Origin: Fonticula alba ATCC 38817
Taxonomy: Eukaryota > Protista > Nucleariida
NCBI GenBank assembly: GCA_000388065.2
Contig: KB932206.1
DNA length: 64,000 nucleotides
Direction: 5' to 3' (one strand)
Shown here: one piece after another, positions 48,901 to 63,025 of the stretch
How the letters are laid out: the number at the start of each line of letters is the position of its first letter
How positions within the stretch are numbered: position 1 is the stretch's first letter
Made by a program: the position numbers and the translations under genes
The notes under the pieces: generated by a model
The model's input: the letters and a program-made list of their open reading frames with translations, nothing else
The model's database searches: none
What the model was told of the DNA's origin: nothing

Positions 48901-50110
48901 CGGCACCGATTGTGACATCGGCTCGGGCATGCGTGAGGCCGTGCTAAACAGCCAATTCCACGCGACGACTGCCGCCGGAGCACCGTCTCCTGGACCTTCG
49001 GCCCTGTCCATGATGCTGGCAAGCACAGTCGAGGTCCCCCCTCGGCGGGGCTCCGGGGCCGTGCGGCGAGACCTCCTGCAGGAGCTCGGCGAGGGTGCCC
49101 GGCCCGGCTGGCGTCCGCCCCTCTGGGCAAGCACCAAAGCCGACGAGGAGCATCTTGCCTGGAATCGTTTGCTCCAAGAGCAACAGCAGCAGCAGCAGCA
49201 GCAGCAAGCCAGCACAGGTAGCCCTCGTGCTTCCTCGCCGCGTTCTCGCGACATGCCACTAGCTGAGCTTCTCGGCCGCCGGCAGTCGCCGGATTGGACC
49301 ACGGCCACGCAAGTGCAGTTTACGAACACGGCCACTCCACAGGCCACCCCTCGGGACGCGTCGACCCCGGGAGTTGGCTCGGCGGTATTTGCTCCCGCTG
49401 GGACTGGGGCCTCCTCTGCTGGAACTTCTACCGCCACCGCCACCGCCACCACCACCACCACCTCGGCTGCCGTTGCACCGGTGTCCCTCGAGCCCACACC
49501 CGAGGATTTGATTGCATATGGCCTGATCCCGGAGCTGGTTGGCCGTCTGCCAGTCTTGGCCCAAACCATGAATCTCCCACCAGAGCTCCTGGCCCGGGTC
49601 TTGAGTGAGCCCAAGGGCTGCCTCATCGAGCAGTACAAGGCCATTTTCCAAGCGAGCGATGTGCGTGTGTCACTAGTCTCTAGATGGCCTTCTCCATGGA
49701 TGTGTCCTTTCGCGCGCACGCACACACACGCGCACACACGCAGGCAACTTACACCCCCGTCATGCTTTCATCCGGCTCCTATGTTCATGGCACATAGATC
49801 GATCTTCAGTTCGAGGAGGGCGCCTTTCTGGCGATTGGTCGTCTGGCCGCCGAAAGGCGGACCGGCGCACGCGGCCTTCGAGCCATTCTGGTACGTTGAC
49901 AGCTGCGAACGCAGTCAGAGACAGTAAGTGGATGAGAAGTTGATACTGACTAAGAGCATACCCACACACACTCACACACATATACGCCAGGAAAATCTCC
50001 TGCTGGACGCCATGTACTCAGCCCCAGGGGCCGGAGTGGCGCGAGTGATTGTCACCGTGGCATCCGTCACTGGAGCAGAACCAGTGAAGATTCTCCAGGC
50101 GGAGGAATAA
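45947..50110 (+). CDS. CLPX: Mitochondrial AAA+ unfoldase ClpX (multi-exon) with long low-complexity insertions
   Basis: Presequence [11 protein letters not shown]; [23 protein letters not shown]; [15 protein letters not shown]; [15 protein letters not shown]; [10 protein letters not shown]; [11 protein letters not shown]; IGFGA; [18 protein letters not shown]; [10 protein letters not shown]|ENLLLDAMY. Confidence 0.95.
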
Positions 50111-50183
50111 TGGATAACATGCTTATCCTCCACCCATCCCACATATACATGTACATGTATATCCCCAAACCAACACGCACACG

Positions 50184-50219
<36 letters not shown>

Positions 50220-50222
50220 CAG

Positions 50223-50513
50223 CGCCTTGCCGCCGGTGAGAAGCTCCCCTTCGATGAGATTACCCTCTGCAACATTGGCAACCCCCAGCAGCTGGGCCAG
50301 AAGCCGATTACCTTCTTCCGCCAGGTGTCCGCCCTGGTCGATTGCCCGTCCCTGCTGGCGGTGGCCGACTCCCAGGGCCCCGATGGTGAGGCCCTGCGCC
50401 TGCTCTTCCCGGCGGATGTCATCGCCCGTGCCCAGAAGCTGGCCAAGGCCGTCGGCAGCACCGGGTCTTACAGCCATTCGCAGGGTGTTCCGTGCGTGCG
50501 CCAGAACGTCGCG
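50223..50513 (+). other. Orphan internal exon of alanine aminotransferase (GPT/ALT)
   Basis: RLAAGEKLPFDEITLCNIGNPQQLGQKPITFFRQV...DVIARAQKL...GSYSHSQGVPCVRQNVA. Preceded by a TACAG acceptor and ends at an N gap; no start exon or C-terminal exons in the window. Confidence 0.88.
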
Positions 50514-50523
50514 NNNNNNNNNN
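50514..50523. other. Assembly gap
   Basis: 10 N. Confidence 1.

Positions 50524-50597
<74 letters not shown>
50524..50597. repeat. (CA)n microsatellite
   Basis: About 37 perfect CA units abutting the gap. Confidence 0.95.
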
Positions 50598-50620
<23 letters not shown>

Positions 50621-51284
50621 AGGCACACCTCGACATGAAGGCAGGTGTACTTGCTGGAGGAGAGAGACAGAAGACATGGAGATATGCTCCCTGCACCCCG
50701 GCGTGCCTGTCTCTGCCCCTCGCCAAACGAAAAGGAGGCACCCACTCGCCGGCCGCCAAGAAACCACAGAAACTTGCTCCCCTCTTTGTCCCTCCCCCCC
50801 CCCTCCCCTCCCCCGCGCCCTCTCGTGCCTGAGACGGTGCGTGTGTACATATTCAGACATAAAGCGGCGGGAAGACGTCCAGCGCACATGGTTGACGAGG
50901 ATAGCCCGGAAGGGGAGGAAATAGGGAGGGAGAGAAAGGGAGAGATAAACACGCGAGGGGAGTAAGAAGAAGGGGCAAAACAGGAGAGGACACCGGCAAA
51001 AGGCGCTTTCCTCGTATGCGGGCAGGCGACAGGCAGGCAGCAGTGGGAACCAAAATACATGGAAAGGGACAGATGGAGAAAGGACAGAGGAGGAGATGGC
51101 AGCAAGGGACAAACCAAATAGCGACAGACAGGGGAACAGGAGGAAAGAGGGAGGGGAGGGGCATAGGGAGGTGGGGAGTTGTATGATACAGAGGAGCGGG
51201 TGAGACGACTTGGGAGGAAGGACGCAGGCGGCAACAAAGGGGCACAACGCGCGCGATCACACGTAATGCGGTCGCTACACGACT

Positions 51285-54034
51285 CTAGGCGGTAAAATCT
51301 TCCGACAGGAACTTGGCATCGTCGTAGAGACGCGCGACAATCCGCTGGCCAGCAAACCACCGCCCATTCATGACATCCTGGCACTTGACAGCGGCCTCGG
51401 TGGTGTTGAAGCGAACGAAGAAGCGCACGGGGGCATTTGGATCGGCCTATGCGCGTAGCAGGGAGGAGGCAAGGCGTACGTCAGTAAAGGGATGGCGCGA
51501 AAGGAAGGCAGAGAGTGTGGCAGGTGGAAAGGACACCGACGGGGATCCGCCACAGGTCGATCACGACACGCACCCGGTCGCCGAAGACGTGGAAGACAAT
51601 GGCCCGGATGGGGCCGCTGCGCTCACACTCGGACCGAATCTCGGCCACAAAGTCCTCGGCCTCCTCCTTGTCCATGACATCGGAATTGCGCGCCATATTC
51701 TCAAGGAGCAGGGTTTGCGAGGCAGGGACCGAGTTGACCAGCAACTCTCGCATGATGGCCTGCTGCATGGCTGACCCGCCGCCGCCGCGCAAGGCCGTGG
51801 CCGTCGGGTCGTACACAGGGCCGCCGGGGCCTGGGATCGGCATGATCCCCGCCGGGGACCTGTCACCCCCGAAGGACGGCGTGGGCATGGGGATGGGCGC
51901 CGCACCGGCGATCGGCTGGCCGCTGGGCGCGCCGCCGCCAATGGCTCCGCTGCCGCAGGCACCGCCCTGGAAGCGGGTCGCCAGGCCATTGGGGCCGATT
52001 TGCGTGGCGATGAAGGGAGCACTTTGGGGAGCCGCTTCCGGCGGCAGGACCATCCCCGGGTCCATGGAGCTCATGCCCTCAGGCAGATCCAGCCCGGCCA
52101 CCGACCGGGTGACGCACAGTTGCCGGCCTTCGATATCGTAGCCGTGGTAGCTTTCGATGGCCTTGTTGACGGAAGCAGGCTCGCTGAACTCCACAAACCC
52201 GTAGGTCTTGTGGAAACCCGGATGGAGGGGATCCGGCACGAGAACACACCGGGTGACCTGTTGACAGGAGAACGCGAGGGCGGAGGGCCAGGGGAAAGGG
52301 GGGGGGGGGGGGGGGGCGGGATGGTGAAATGAGTAAAGGAGGAGGCGCGGGACGGATGGAAGGGAGGACAGGGAAGGGGGGTGCCACTCAGGGGCCCAAG
52401 GATGGGCGCACCTCGCCAGCGAGGTTGAAGATACGGCTGAGCACGTCTTCCGTCAACCGAGGGCTGATGTTGGCCAGGTACGCGCGGTTCTCGGTCGGGG
52501 GCGGCAGGCCGCCATTGGGCCTGGTCTGATCCACCTTCGACGGACGCGACACCCGAATGGACCGGGGGAGGTGCGTGCCTGGAGGGAGAGAAGTGTGGGA
52601 TCCATGCGTGTGCAAGTGAAAACGGGAGAGAGAGAGAGAGAGAGGGGGGGGGGCAGGGAATTGGACGGAACATTAGCTCAGGGAGGGTGGTGGGAAGAGA
52701 AGGGGCAACGAAAGCCACCGGGCACGCATGTGCGAGCAGACGAACCTAGTGTCAGCCCATTCATGATGAAGGCAGCTGTGGCGGCCTCCGGGACCTCGTA
52801 CTCGACAAAGCCGAAGCCCTTGAATTTCTGTGTGGCCGAGTCGAAAGGCATGTCCGAGCTGCGAATGTAGCCGAAGGTCGAGAAAATCTGAACTCGAGAG
52901 GGGGGAGGGGGGAAACAGCCGTCAAAATGACTGAGAAACCACGGAGGAACGGCACAGGAGCATGGGAAGGGAAGAGAGAAGGGAAGAGAGATACAGGGAG
53001 GAGGGGGGGGGGGGCAAACGACAGCCAGGGCTGACACACCTCAAAGAGCTGCTGGGGGGTAATCTCGTGGGGGATGTTGCCAATGTAAAGTGTAGACCAG
53101 GAGTGGATCAGACGCTGAAGCTCCTCTTGTGCGAGCTTCTTCTGCAGGGCCGCCTGGCGTTCGGACCGGGCAACGAAGCTAGGCACACGGGAAAGGGGCG
53201 GGGCAGGGGAAGTGTGTGTGTGTGTGTGTGTGTGTGTGTCAGTAAAGGAGCACCGTGGGAAGAAGGTAGACGGAGCGAGGTAGAACAGCCGGCGCAGGCC
53301 GGCGTCCTCTGCTGGGCGTGGAAAGCTGGAGACGCACTCAGTGTGAACATTGTTTGCAAAAGCCAGCGCCCGTGAGCACAGGACCTTGTAGTACTCCGGC
53401 AGGAGGTCCTCGGAGACGCCGAATTCTGGTGAAAGGGAGCGGAGAAAGAGAAAGCAACAAAGGGCGAGGGGGGTGGGGGGGGGGAATAGACGTGTGGGGA
53501 AGACCACACATCGAAGAGAAGACCAACACATGGGCGGATACCCAGGTCAATGAGGGGCACGCGGCGCGGCCAGACAGGCGGAGGAGCAGAGAAGGCGAGA
53601 GGCGCACCGGCAAACTTGGCCTGCATGGCTGACACATGCTCCTCCGGCAGGGAGGCCTCCTCCTCAGTCATGGTCTTGCGCCAGTGGGCCTCGCGCGAGG
53701 AAACCGGCGATGAGCCACCACCGCGGGAGCGCGAGGGCGAGGGCGAACTCCGGCGCGACCGGGACCGATCGCTGCTACGATAGCGATCATGGTCGCGCGA
53801 GGATCGGCTGCGATCGCGGTCTCGCTCGCTGACGGAGCTGTCGCGCGACCGGTCGCGCGACCGCCGAGACCGCGAGGGCGACCGCGATCGGGCCCGCTCA
53901 TCGCGCGCCGAGCGTCCCGGAGAACCGGGGACCTCCATCGAGTCGGGGCCCGGGGCATCCGGCCCAGACGCATCTGGGCTGGCCTCTCGGCGGGCAGGGT
54001 CGCTCATGATGGGGGATGCCTCGCGGGAAGTCAT
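51285..54034 (-). CDS. PUF60: PUF60-like splicing factor: RS-rich N-terminus, RRM1, RRM2, C-terminal UHM (multi-exon)
   Basis: RRM1 [10 protein letters not shown]...[32 protein letters not shown]; RRM2 [11 protein letters not shown]...KTYGFVEF; UHM TLLLENM...[10 protein letters not shown]...RFFVRF...[28 protein letters not shown]. Confidence 0.85.
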
Positions 54035-54095
54035 GGCTCTTTCGCGGCCAAGATAGCAGGAGAGGCGAAGGGGGGGAAGGAGAGAGGGGCGAGGG

Positions 54096-54153
54096 NNNNN
54101 NNNNNNNNNNNNNNNNNNNNNNNNNNNNNNNNNNNNNNNNNNNNNNNNNNNNN
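54096..54153. other. Assembly gap
   Basis: N run just upstream of the PUF60-like start. Confidence 1.
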
Positions 54154-56980
54154 AGGGACTCGAGAGGAGGGGAAGGAAGTCCGGAACGATGAATCCGGTG
54201 GAGAGGGAGAGAGAGAGAGAGAGAGAGAGGGAGGGGGGAGGAGGAAGGCAGCGGGGAGGGATGAGAGTGGAAAGGGGGTACCCGACACTGAAGTCCGAGT
54301 AAGAGAAGGTCTGCTGGCAAGCAGTCCAACCGGGAAGGCGCCCCGTCGGGGCGACATTTGAGGCCGGACATGGGTGGGGGGCATACGCCTTGTGGACACA
54401 TGTGTACGTGCGCGTGTGCGCATGTGCGTGTGTGCGTGTGTGCGTGCGTGTGTGCGTACGTGATGCGTGAGTGCGTGAGAACGTGCCCCGGCCCGGGGCG
54501 GACATGGTCAGCAGCAGCCTTGTCACCGAGCCCCCGCCAGAAGCAGGAGGCCCAGATGGGGTTGGAAGGTGCCAGATCCGCACGCAAGGGCGTCCACATC
54601 GCGGTCCCTGGGGGGCAGCAGTTTTGGGGAGGTGTAACGGGCTTGAGGTGGTGCGGGCCGCCGCGGCGCGCCCCGAGGTCCTGGAGCAGGGGGGCTTCGG
54701 TTCCCCTGTGTCTCGAAAAGTGGCCGGCCCACAGGCGCAGGCAGACGACGCCCGCGAGGTGCGCCGGCCCAGCGCGCGGGAAGGTCTAAGAGAGGCGCGC
54801 CTATAATAGCCGCGGTGGGCGGGGAACCCTCTTTCTTGTGGGGGCAGGAGTCCAAAATTCGACCGACGATCGGGTGATTTGTGGCGGCCATCGGCTGATG
54901 CTTGTGCCCCTGATCTGGAGCGTGATTTAAAAATGATATTACCGGGCGAACCCCCTCCTGGCAACTCGTTTCCTCCCCAACGAGGGGACCGGACAATATG
55001 ACCAACAGCGCGCTGGCCTGCGCAGGGGTCTTTCCCCCCAGGCCGGCGGCCGGAGAGGGGAGGGGTGCAGGGGGATCATCACTTGTGTAGACCGGGGCCG
55101 GAGTCCAGACAATGGGATACATCGCATGCCCCATTGCGCTTGTGAAAGTCTGCACCATACAGCCCCGCGTCGACGAGTTACTGGCCCCCCCCCCCCCCCC
55201 CACCTCCGCCACATGGAGCAGAGAGACCGCCCTCCGCCCGGGCAGGGACAACAAAAGGGAGGCGGCTTTCTCGCTAACACTCGCCCGTGCGGCGTGAAAC
55301 TTGGGGTGCGCCACTGTGTCCGGGCGTCTCTCCGGGGACAATTAATCGCTCGGCCTGCAACACACTACCACATTTTAAGGCGTATTTTCTCGGCCGCTCG
55401 AGGGGAGGGGGGCCAAGCTTGGGGATGGGCAGCGGCCCCCGGACCCCCGCAGGGACGGGCCGGGAGGCTGGCACAAGGCCTGGAGGCACCCCGGAGGCGG
55501 CCAGGCGGCCAGGATGTGAAGCGATCACCCCTTTGGGCCGCCCGGGAACTGGGGCACCTCTTGGACCAGCAGCCCCCCTGTGGTGGAGAGCTCGCATGTT
55601 CTCACAGCATGAGGCACACGCATGCCCAGCCTAAAGAGGGCCCGGCTCGGCCGTCGCCCCGAGAGACAGCCGGGGGTCACGGGGAAAGGGTCTAGCTCTG
55701 ACCCGGCCAGATGGCCGAGGTTGTGTGACCCACTGCGCGCCCGGGCGGCGAGGGGGGGGGGGGGGAACGTTTCCTTTGTGGGTGACTGATTCGGGGCTGG
55801 GAGCAGCGAGAAAGGGGGAGAGAGAGGACGGGGGAGGGAAAAAGCAGGCAGGCGCCTCGGGGGCTGGGAGGCCCTCGGCGCGATGGCGAACTTCCCGGGT
55901 GACTGAATTATTATTTTCTTCGCTACTGGACTGATGCCACGACCGCGACCTCTGGGCCACTCCCGGGGGCACCGGGCCTGGGCTCGGTCTGCTCGGGCGA
56001 CACCTGCGGGGGGGGGGACAGCGTCGCGGACCACTCACGCGCAGGGAGGAGCCCGGCGAAGGAAGAGGCGCCAAGGCAGGCCCCAACTGCCGGCTCCCGT
56101 CCCTTGCTCTTCGTGGGAGAGACTGCCAGCTGTCTAGCCGGACGGCGGCGCGGGGAAGGGGGGCCCCCTTCACGGGTCTGGGGCCGGAATGAAAGCGCGA
56201 GCTTTAGCCATCGGGCCAGGAAGTGGCCGGGGGAGGGCTGGCCGGCAGCGTGAAGACAGGGAAGGCTTTTGGTTGCTAGTGCGGCGGCCCGCCGGGCCCC
56301 TCGCAGGACCGGGCCGTCGGCAGTCGTAAGAGCACCATGCACGCGCACATCCCCGGCACCCGTCATGACAAGGGCCTGGAGACCCCCCCCACCCCATGCT
56401 GCCCGTTGGGCTCGCCTGCACGCCCAGCCAGCTTCGGGCTTTAATCCCGGCGGCAGGCCGGCAGAAAGGCCCACACCAACAGCGGGCTTCTCCTGGCGGC
56501 ATCCAACAAGCTGTCAAGCTCCCGGGCCTGGCTGGGGGCTCACGACCGCCAGCCGGCCGGCCGGTCGGCCGGCCACCGTGGGCGTCTCCCCCACTTGGGC
56601 ATTGTTGGGGCTGGCTGTCTCGCGTGCGAGGCCAGGGGAGGCCCCAGCGCGCGCGCGCGCGCGTGTCCGGGGGTGAATGGTCAATTCCCCCCGCCTCCCC
56701 GCCTCCCCGTCCCCGGGCTGGGCGGGGGCCAAGAGCAGAAGGACGCGACCCACGCTCGGCCGAATGACCGGCTCACGAGCGCCGCTCACCCCCGTACTCG
56801 GACCTGATGACCATAACACATTTGTATTTACCAACTGCGCTTAGGGGGGCCACATGCTTGTGCAAGTTCGCCCCCGACCAGCCTAGGAGAGCTGGGCCCG
56901 AGGGCGGGTACCCCCCCCCCCCTCCGCCCTCCTCCCGACGGGAGCAGGAGTGGGGCGCGTGCACGGCCGAGGCGTTTGCG

Positions 56981-57037
56981 NNNNNNNNNNNNNNNNNNNN
57001 NNNNNNNNNNNNNNNNNNNNNNNNNNNNNNNNNNNNN
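56981..57037. other. Assembly gap
   Basis: N run followed by poly-G. Confidence 1.
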
Positions 57038-57326
57038 GGGGGGGGGGGGGGGGGGGGGGGGAGCAACGGGCCTTGGCGAGGGGGTGCCCTGACGGGCGCG
57101 GTGGCCCGCCCGCCCCCGCGCCGGGACGAGGCCCGAGGCCAAATCGGCGGGTCTTTTAAGCGGCCCCCGGTCGCACACACAGCCTTGAGGACTGATCGCC
57201 AGATCATTGACCGGACCTCCTCCTCTGCCCAGTCAGATCCCCTCCCCCCCCCCTCCCCCTTCTCTCCCCTCTCCCCGGGCACGCACTCCTGAGAGCGAGC
57301 CACCACCCCCTCCCCGAAGCACCACC

Positions 57327-59321
<1,995 letters not shown>

Positions 59322-60797
59322 AGGGCGGATATATCCTCTCGTGTGCGCGCCCCGCGCATGTGTGTGTGTGTGTGTGTGTGTCTCGCCATGCCGCCCTCTC
59401 TCTTTCTCTCTGTCCCCCCCCCCTTCGTCGCAGAGGCTCCTTTCGGGGGGCGGATTGGGAGGGGAGTCCCATCTTGTGCATGATGCATGTGTGTATGTGT
59501 GTGTGCGCGCGTCGGACAACTTCCCTTGCCTGAGTATCGGCCCTACCTCTCTTCCTACGGCCCCAGGCACAGGGAGGCAGAAAGTGGGAGGAAGGCCTTC
59601 CCCCCCCCCCCCCTCCATCCATGCGCGCTCGGCCATGCAACATTACATGCATCCCCCAATACAATCCAAACACTCAAACGCAAAGACGACCATGCTGTGG
59701 ATCCTGCTGCTCTCCTCTGTGTACAGGGGGCGGGGGGGGGGGGGAATGGGCGCCGCATCTTTCTCATGGGGGATTTCACCTGCGTGTGGTGGCTCGTCCC
59801 TCTCCATTTTGGCCCGGCCCTCCGTCACGCTCGCCCGACCAGGGAGCCGGCAATTGCCGACTCATGTATCTGAGGATATAACTGCCAATCCATAAGGTCA
59901 CATGAATGTCATGCGGATGGCTGTATCTATCGACCTGATGGTTTTGTGGACCGTTGGCGCCCCTCACACAGCCCGGAGTGCACAGGCCCCCGCGTTCACG
60001 CACGCAGGCACGTATGCCCTGGCACCGGCCTTCGTTCCCTCCCTCCGTGGTTCCCGGGAGGGGGGTGTGGTCTACACCAGACGAGGCGGGATCGGGCGTG
60101 TGGCCATGGGCAGTCTCTCTCCCCCCCCCCCCGGGTTCAGGGGCCTTCTTCCCCCCGGCCTCTGCCCATCCAAAAAAGGACCCGAAGCAAGGGCGTGGTG
60201 GGGACGGAGGGGGGGCCAAAGAATGTTCCCCCGTTTGGGAATCCGATGTGGCGGGACTTGTGCATGCGTATGTATGCATGAGTGTGTTGTAATGCACGAA
60301 TGCATGCGGGGCGGGAGTGGCAAGATCACCGCCTTGGCCCTGGCCGTTTTTCTCCCCCATCCATGGAATAGTCTCTAGCCGGATGGCGTGTGCAGGTGGT
60401 CGGGATCTTGCAAGCCCCTCGATTCCCTCCGAGCAAGAGAGGGAGCGACACGGAGCTGGAGAGCGGGAGCAAGAGAGAGAGAGAGAGGATCAGGTGGAGA
60501 ATGGGAGGGAATCACCAATCTGGCCCGTCGCACTTGCCAAGGCTCCTCCGGCCCTAGGGGGTGGCTGTTTCCTTGAGTGGAACTGAGGCAGATCCCCGGG
60601 GTCAGGGCCGGCAGGAACAGCATCTCCCCCACCCCTACCTCCCACCTATCTGCCTCCCTCAGCCTCTCCTCTCGCCCCCACCTGTGCCTGCGTCCCGGGC
60701 CACCCTCCTGCCCTTCGCCACCTCCCGACCCGCTCGCCCAGGCAGCCGGCCGCCGTTGCTGCGCCGCAACCGCCGCTTGCACAGCACACGACACACA

Positions 60798-61245
60798 ATG
60801 CGCGATCTGATGGCCGCCGTCGGGTTGGTACGTTCCCCCCTGCACTGCCTTGAGTGCGCACATGCGCACACCAAACCCACCTGGCGATGGCCTGGTGCTC
60901 ACCCGCCCGCATCTGCCCATGCCCGCCCACCGGTCCCATAGGGAGGGAATAATCCCCCCCCCAATGCCTCCCTCGATGGAGGCGAATTTGGCAAGTCCCC
61001 CCAATCGAACGCCTTCCTGGCCAATGTGCAAACCATTCGCCAGCTGATCGACCTGATGAACAAGGAGGTCCACGCCTTCCAGAAAGAGCAAGACAATGTC
61101 TTTCAGGCTACCCGCCATCGGGATGAAGAGAGTGCGTGCCTGTCAGCATCCTGCCCGCCTGATGGTGCTTTCGGCCTTCACCATCCTGGGCCACATGCCG
61201 CCCGACTGACACTCAGAGGGGGGTGATCTGGAAAACCCATAAACA

Positions 61246-61280
<35 letters not shown>

Positions 61281-62247
61281 GCCCAGACCTTCGCAAGGCC
61301 CTCGACAAGAAGCTGGCTGCCATTCATGATACCTCCAGCCAGCTGCGTCTGGCCTTGGAAAAGCTGAAGGCCCAGCAGAAGGCCTGGGCCATGGAAGAGC
61401 TCACCAAGCCCGCGGCCTCGCAAAACAACAGCGAATCCCGGCTCCGCACGACGCAGATCGCCTCCCTCGAGACGCAGACCCTCGAGGCCATCGAGGGGCT
61501 GCAGCGTGCTCAAGTCGAGTATGAGGAGCGCGCCAAGCGGCGAGTATTGGACCAGCTGCTTCTCGGTATGTTTGATCCACGCCGCCTGCCTGCCAGCCAT
61601 GTCACCAACTGACCGACCCCATGCGATCGTCCAATCTCTTGCCCGCACATCATCCACACGCCCACCCATGAACACAGTCAATCCCCAGGCAGATCCGTCG
61701 ATGGTCGAGGGGTTCTTCGAGAACCCGGTGGCCATCTTCGAGGGGGTGTGTGCACATTCATCACGCGCCGCGAGGGGAGGCGGGGGAGGCGGGGGGGGGA
61801 GGCACATGCAGCGAGGTTTCTTGCTCTTTTTTCCCCCATAGATCGCCACACTGCTGACCATCCCGGCCACGCACTCTACCGCCCTAGAATCAAGAACTCA
61901 TGGCCATGCACTCGCAGCAGCGCCAGGAGGCGACCGAGCTGCTGGTGAGTATCCAGCAGCGCCATGCATCGCTCCTGCGTCTGGAGAAATCCCTGCATGA
62001 GCTGCACCAGCTGTTTGTCGACCTGCAAACGCTGGTCCTGGAGCAAGGCGAGATCCTCAACAATATCGAGTACAATGTCGAGGCCGCCGTGGCCGAGACC
62101 GAGCGTGGTGTTGGTGAGCTGCGCAAGAGTGTCAAGCTCCAGCGCAAGGCCCGCAAGAAGATGATGATCATCATCATCTGCCTGATCATCGTGCTGGTTG
62201 TGGTAGCCGTTCCCCTGCTGGCAGTCTTCATTCCGAAGAAGAAGTGA
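60798..62247 (+). CDS. Plasma-membrane Qa-SNARE, syntaxin-1/Sso family (5 exons)
   Basis: N-peptide MRDL, Habc helices, SNARE motif IQQRHASLLRLEKSLHELHQLFVDLQTLVLEQGEILNNIEYNV, and RKARKK before a C-terminal TM. Confidence 0.93.
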
Positions 62248-62390
62248 GCGCCATCCCGTGTGCGGCCGTGTCTCCCCCCCCCCCCCGGGAGAGCGGAGCA
62301 TATCTCCCCCGTGGATGGAAAAAAAAAAGCGGGAGACACGCATCCGGCCATGTCCTTGAGAAATATACACATACCATGAACCTGCGCAAT

Positions 62391-62426
<36 letters not shown>

Positions 62427-62638
62427 AAAAAAGGAGAGAAAGGCAGGAGGAGCCGGTCGGCCGGACGCGGCGGAGAGACGCCGAGAAGCGGGCCACGGGG
62501 CGGGGGACTCGATTTTTAAAAGGAGGGGGGGGGGAAGAAAAAAGGGGTGTAGTATCTTCCTTCGTCTGCGAACAGAGACCGATACACTTCTCTCACGGAC
62601 GCGCGAGCGTCCGCGGTTCAGGTGAGTGAACACGGAGT

Positions 62639-62698
62639 CTGCTCAGCTATCTCGAATGTGTCAGGCATAGGGCCTGAAAGCTGAGATCATCATCGCAG
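62639..62698 (-). ncRNA. Candidate box C/D snoRNA
   Basis: CTGC-G-ATGATGA-TCTCAGCTTTCAGGCCCTATGC-CTGA-CACATTCGAGATAG-CTGA-GCAG. Perfect box C, internal CTGA, terminal box D and a 4-bp CTGC/GCAG terminal stem, inside a predicted intron. Confidence 0.6.
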
Positions 62699-62947
62699 AA
62701 TAGAAATATATCAGCTTGTTGCAGTCTTAGGAAAATACTAAGACAAAGAAAAATACTGCGTACCGACATCGGCCCGGGGGCTTTTGACCGTCGCCAGACT
62801 CCGGCACAAGCGGCCCGAATGTTGCGCCCTCTGTTTATCACGTGTGGTGACATCAGGGCCGGCGAAATGCCCTTCCGTCGTGGACGGCCGTCGATGGGAT
62901 CCGGGCAGGACGGCCCACGTCTCACAACGAAGACAGCGCGCCTCGAG

Positions 62948-62953
62948 CAGCAG

Positions 62954-62985
<32 letters not shown>

Positions 62986-62990
62986 GCAAC
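62948..62990. repeat. (CAG/CAA)n trinucleotide repeat
   Basis: cagcagcagcagcagcagcaacagcaacagcaacagcagcaac. Confidence 0.9.
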
Positions 62991-63018
62991 ACAGGGGTGG
63001 GTCGATGGTGGGGGGATT

Positions 63019-63025
63019 ATTTATA
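63019..63025 (-). promoter_or_regulatory. TATA box (TATAAAT) of the putative snoRNA host transcript
   Basis: Rare AT-rich word in about 70% GC context, about 260 nt upstream of a GTACGC donor. Confidence 0.4.

Noticed and set aside
34159-54034. Apparent cluster of RNA-splicing genes (TPT1, RBM22, PUF60)
   Set aside because: They belong to different pathways, are interspersed with unrelated genes, and such genes are numerous.
54855-54865. Sm-like AATTTTGG on the minus strand
   Set aside because: No U1, U2, U4 or U5 hallmark sequence upstream.
56804-56860. CTGATGA box-C-like motif in an AT-rich patch
   Set aside because: No downstream box D or terminal stem.
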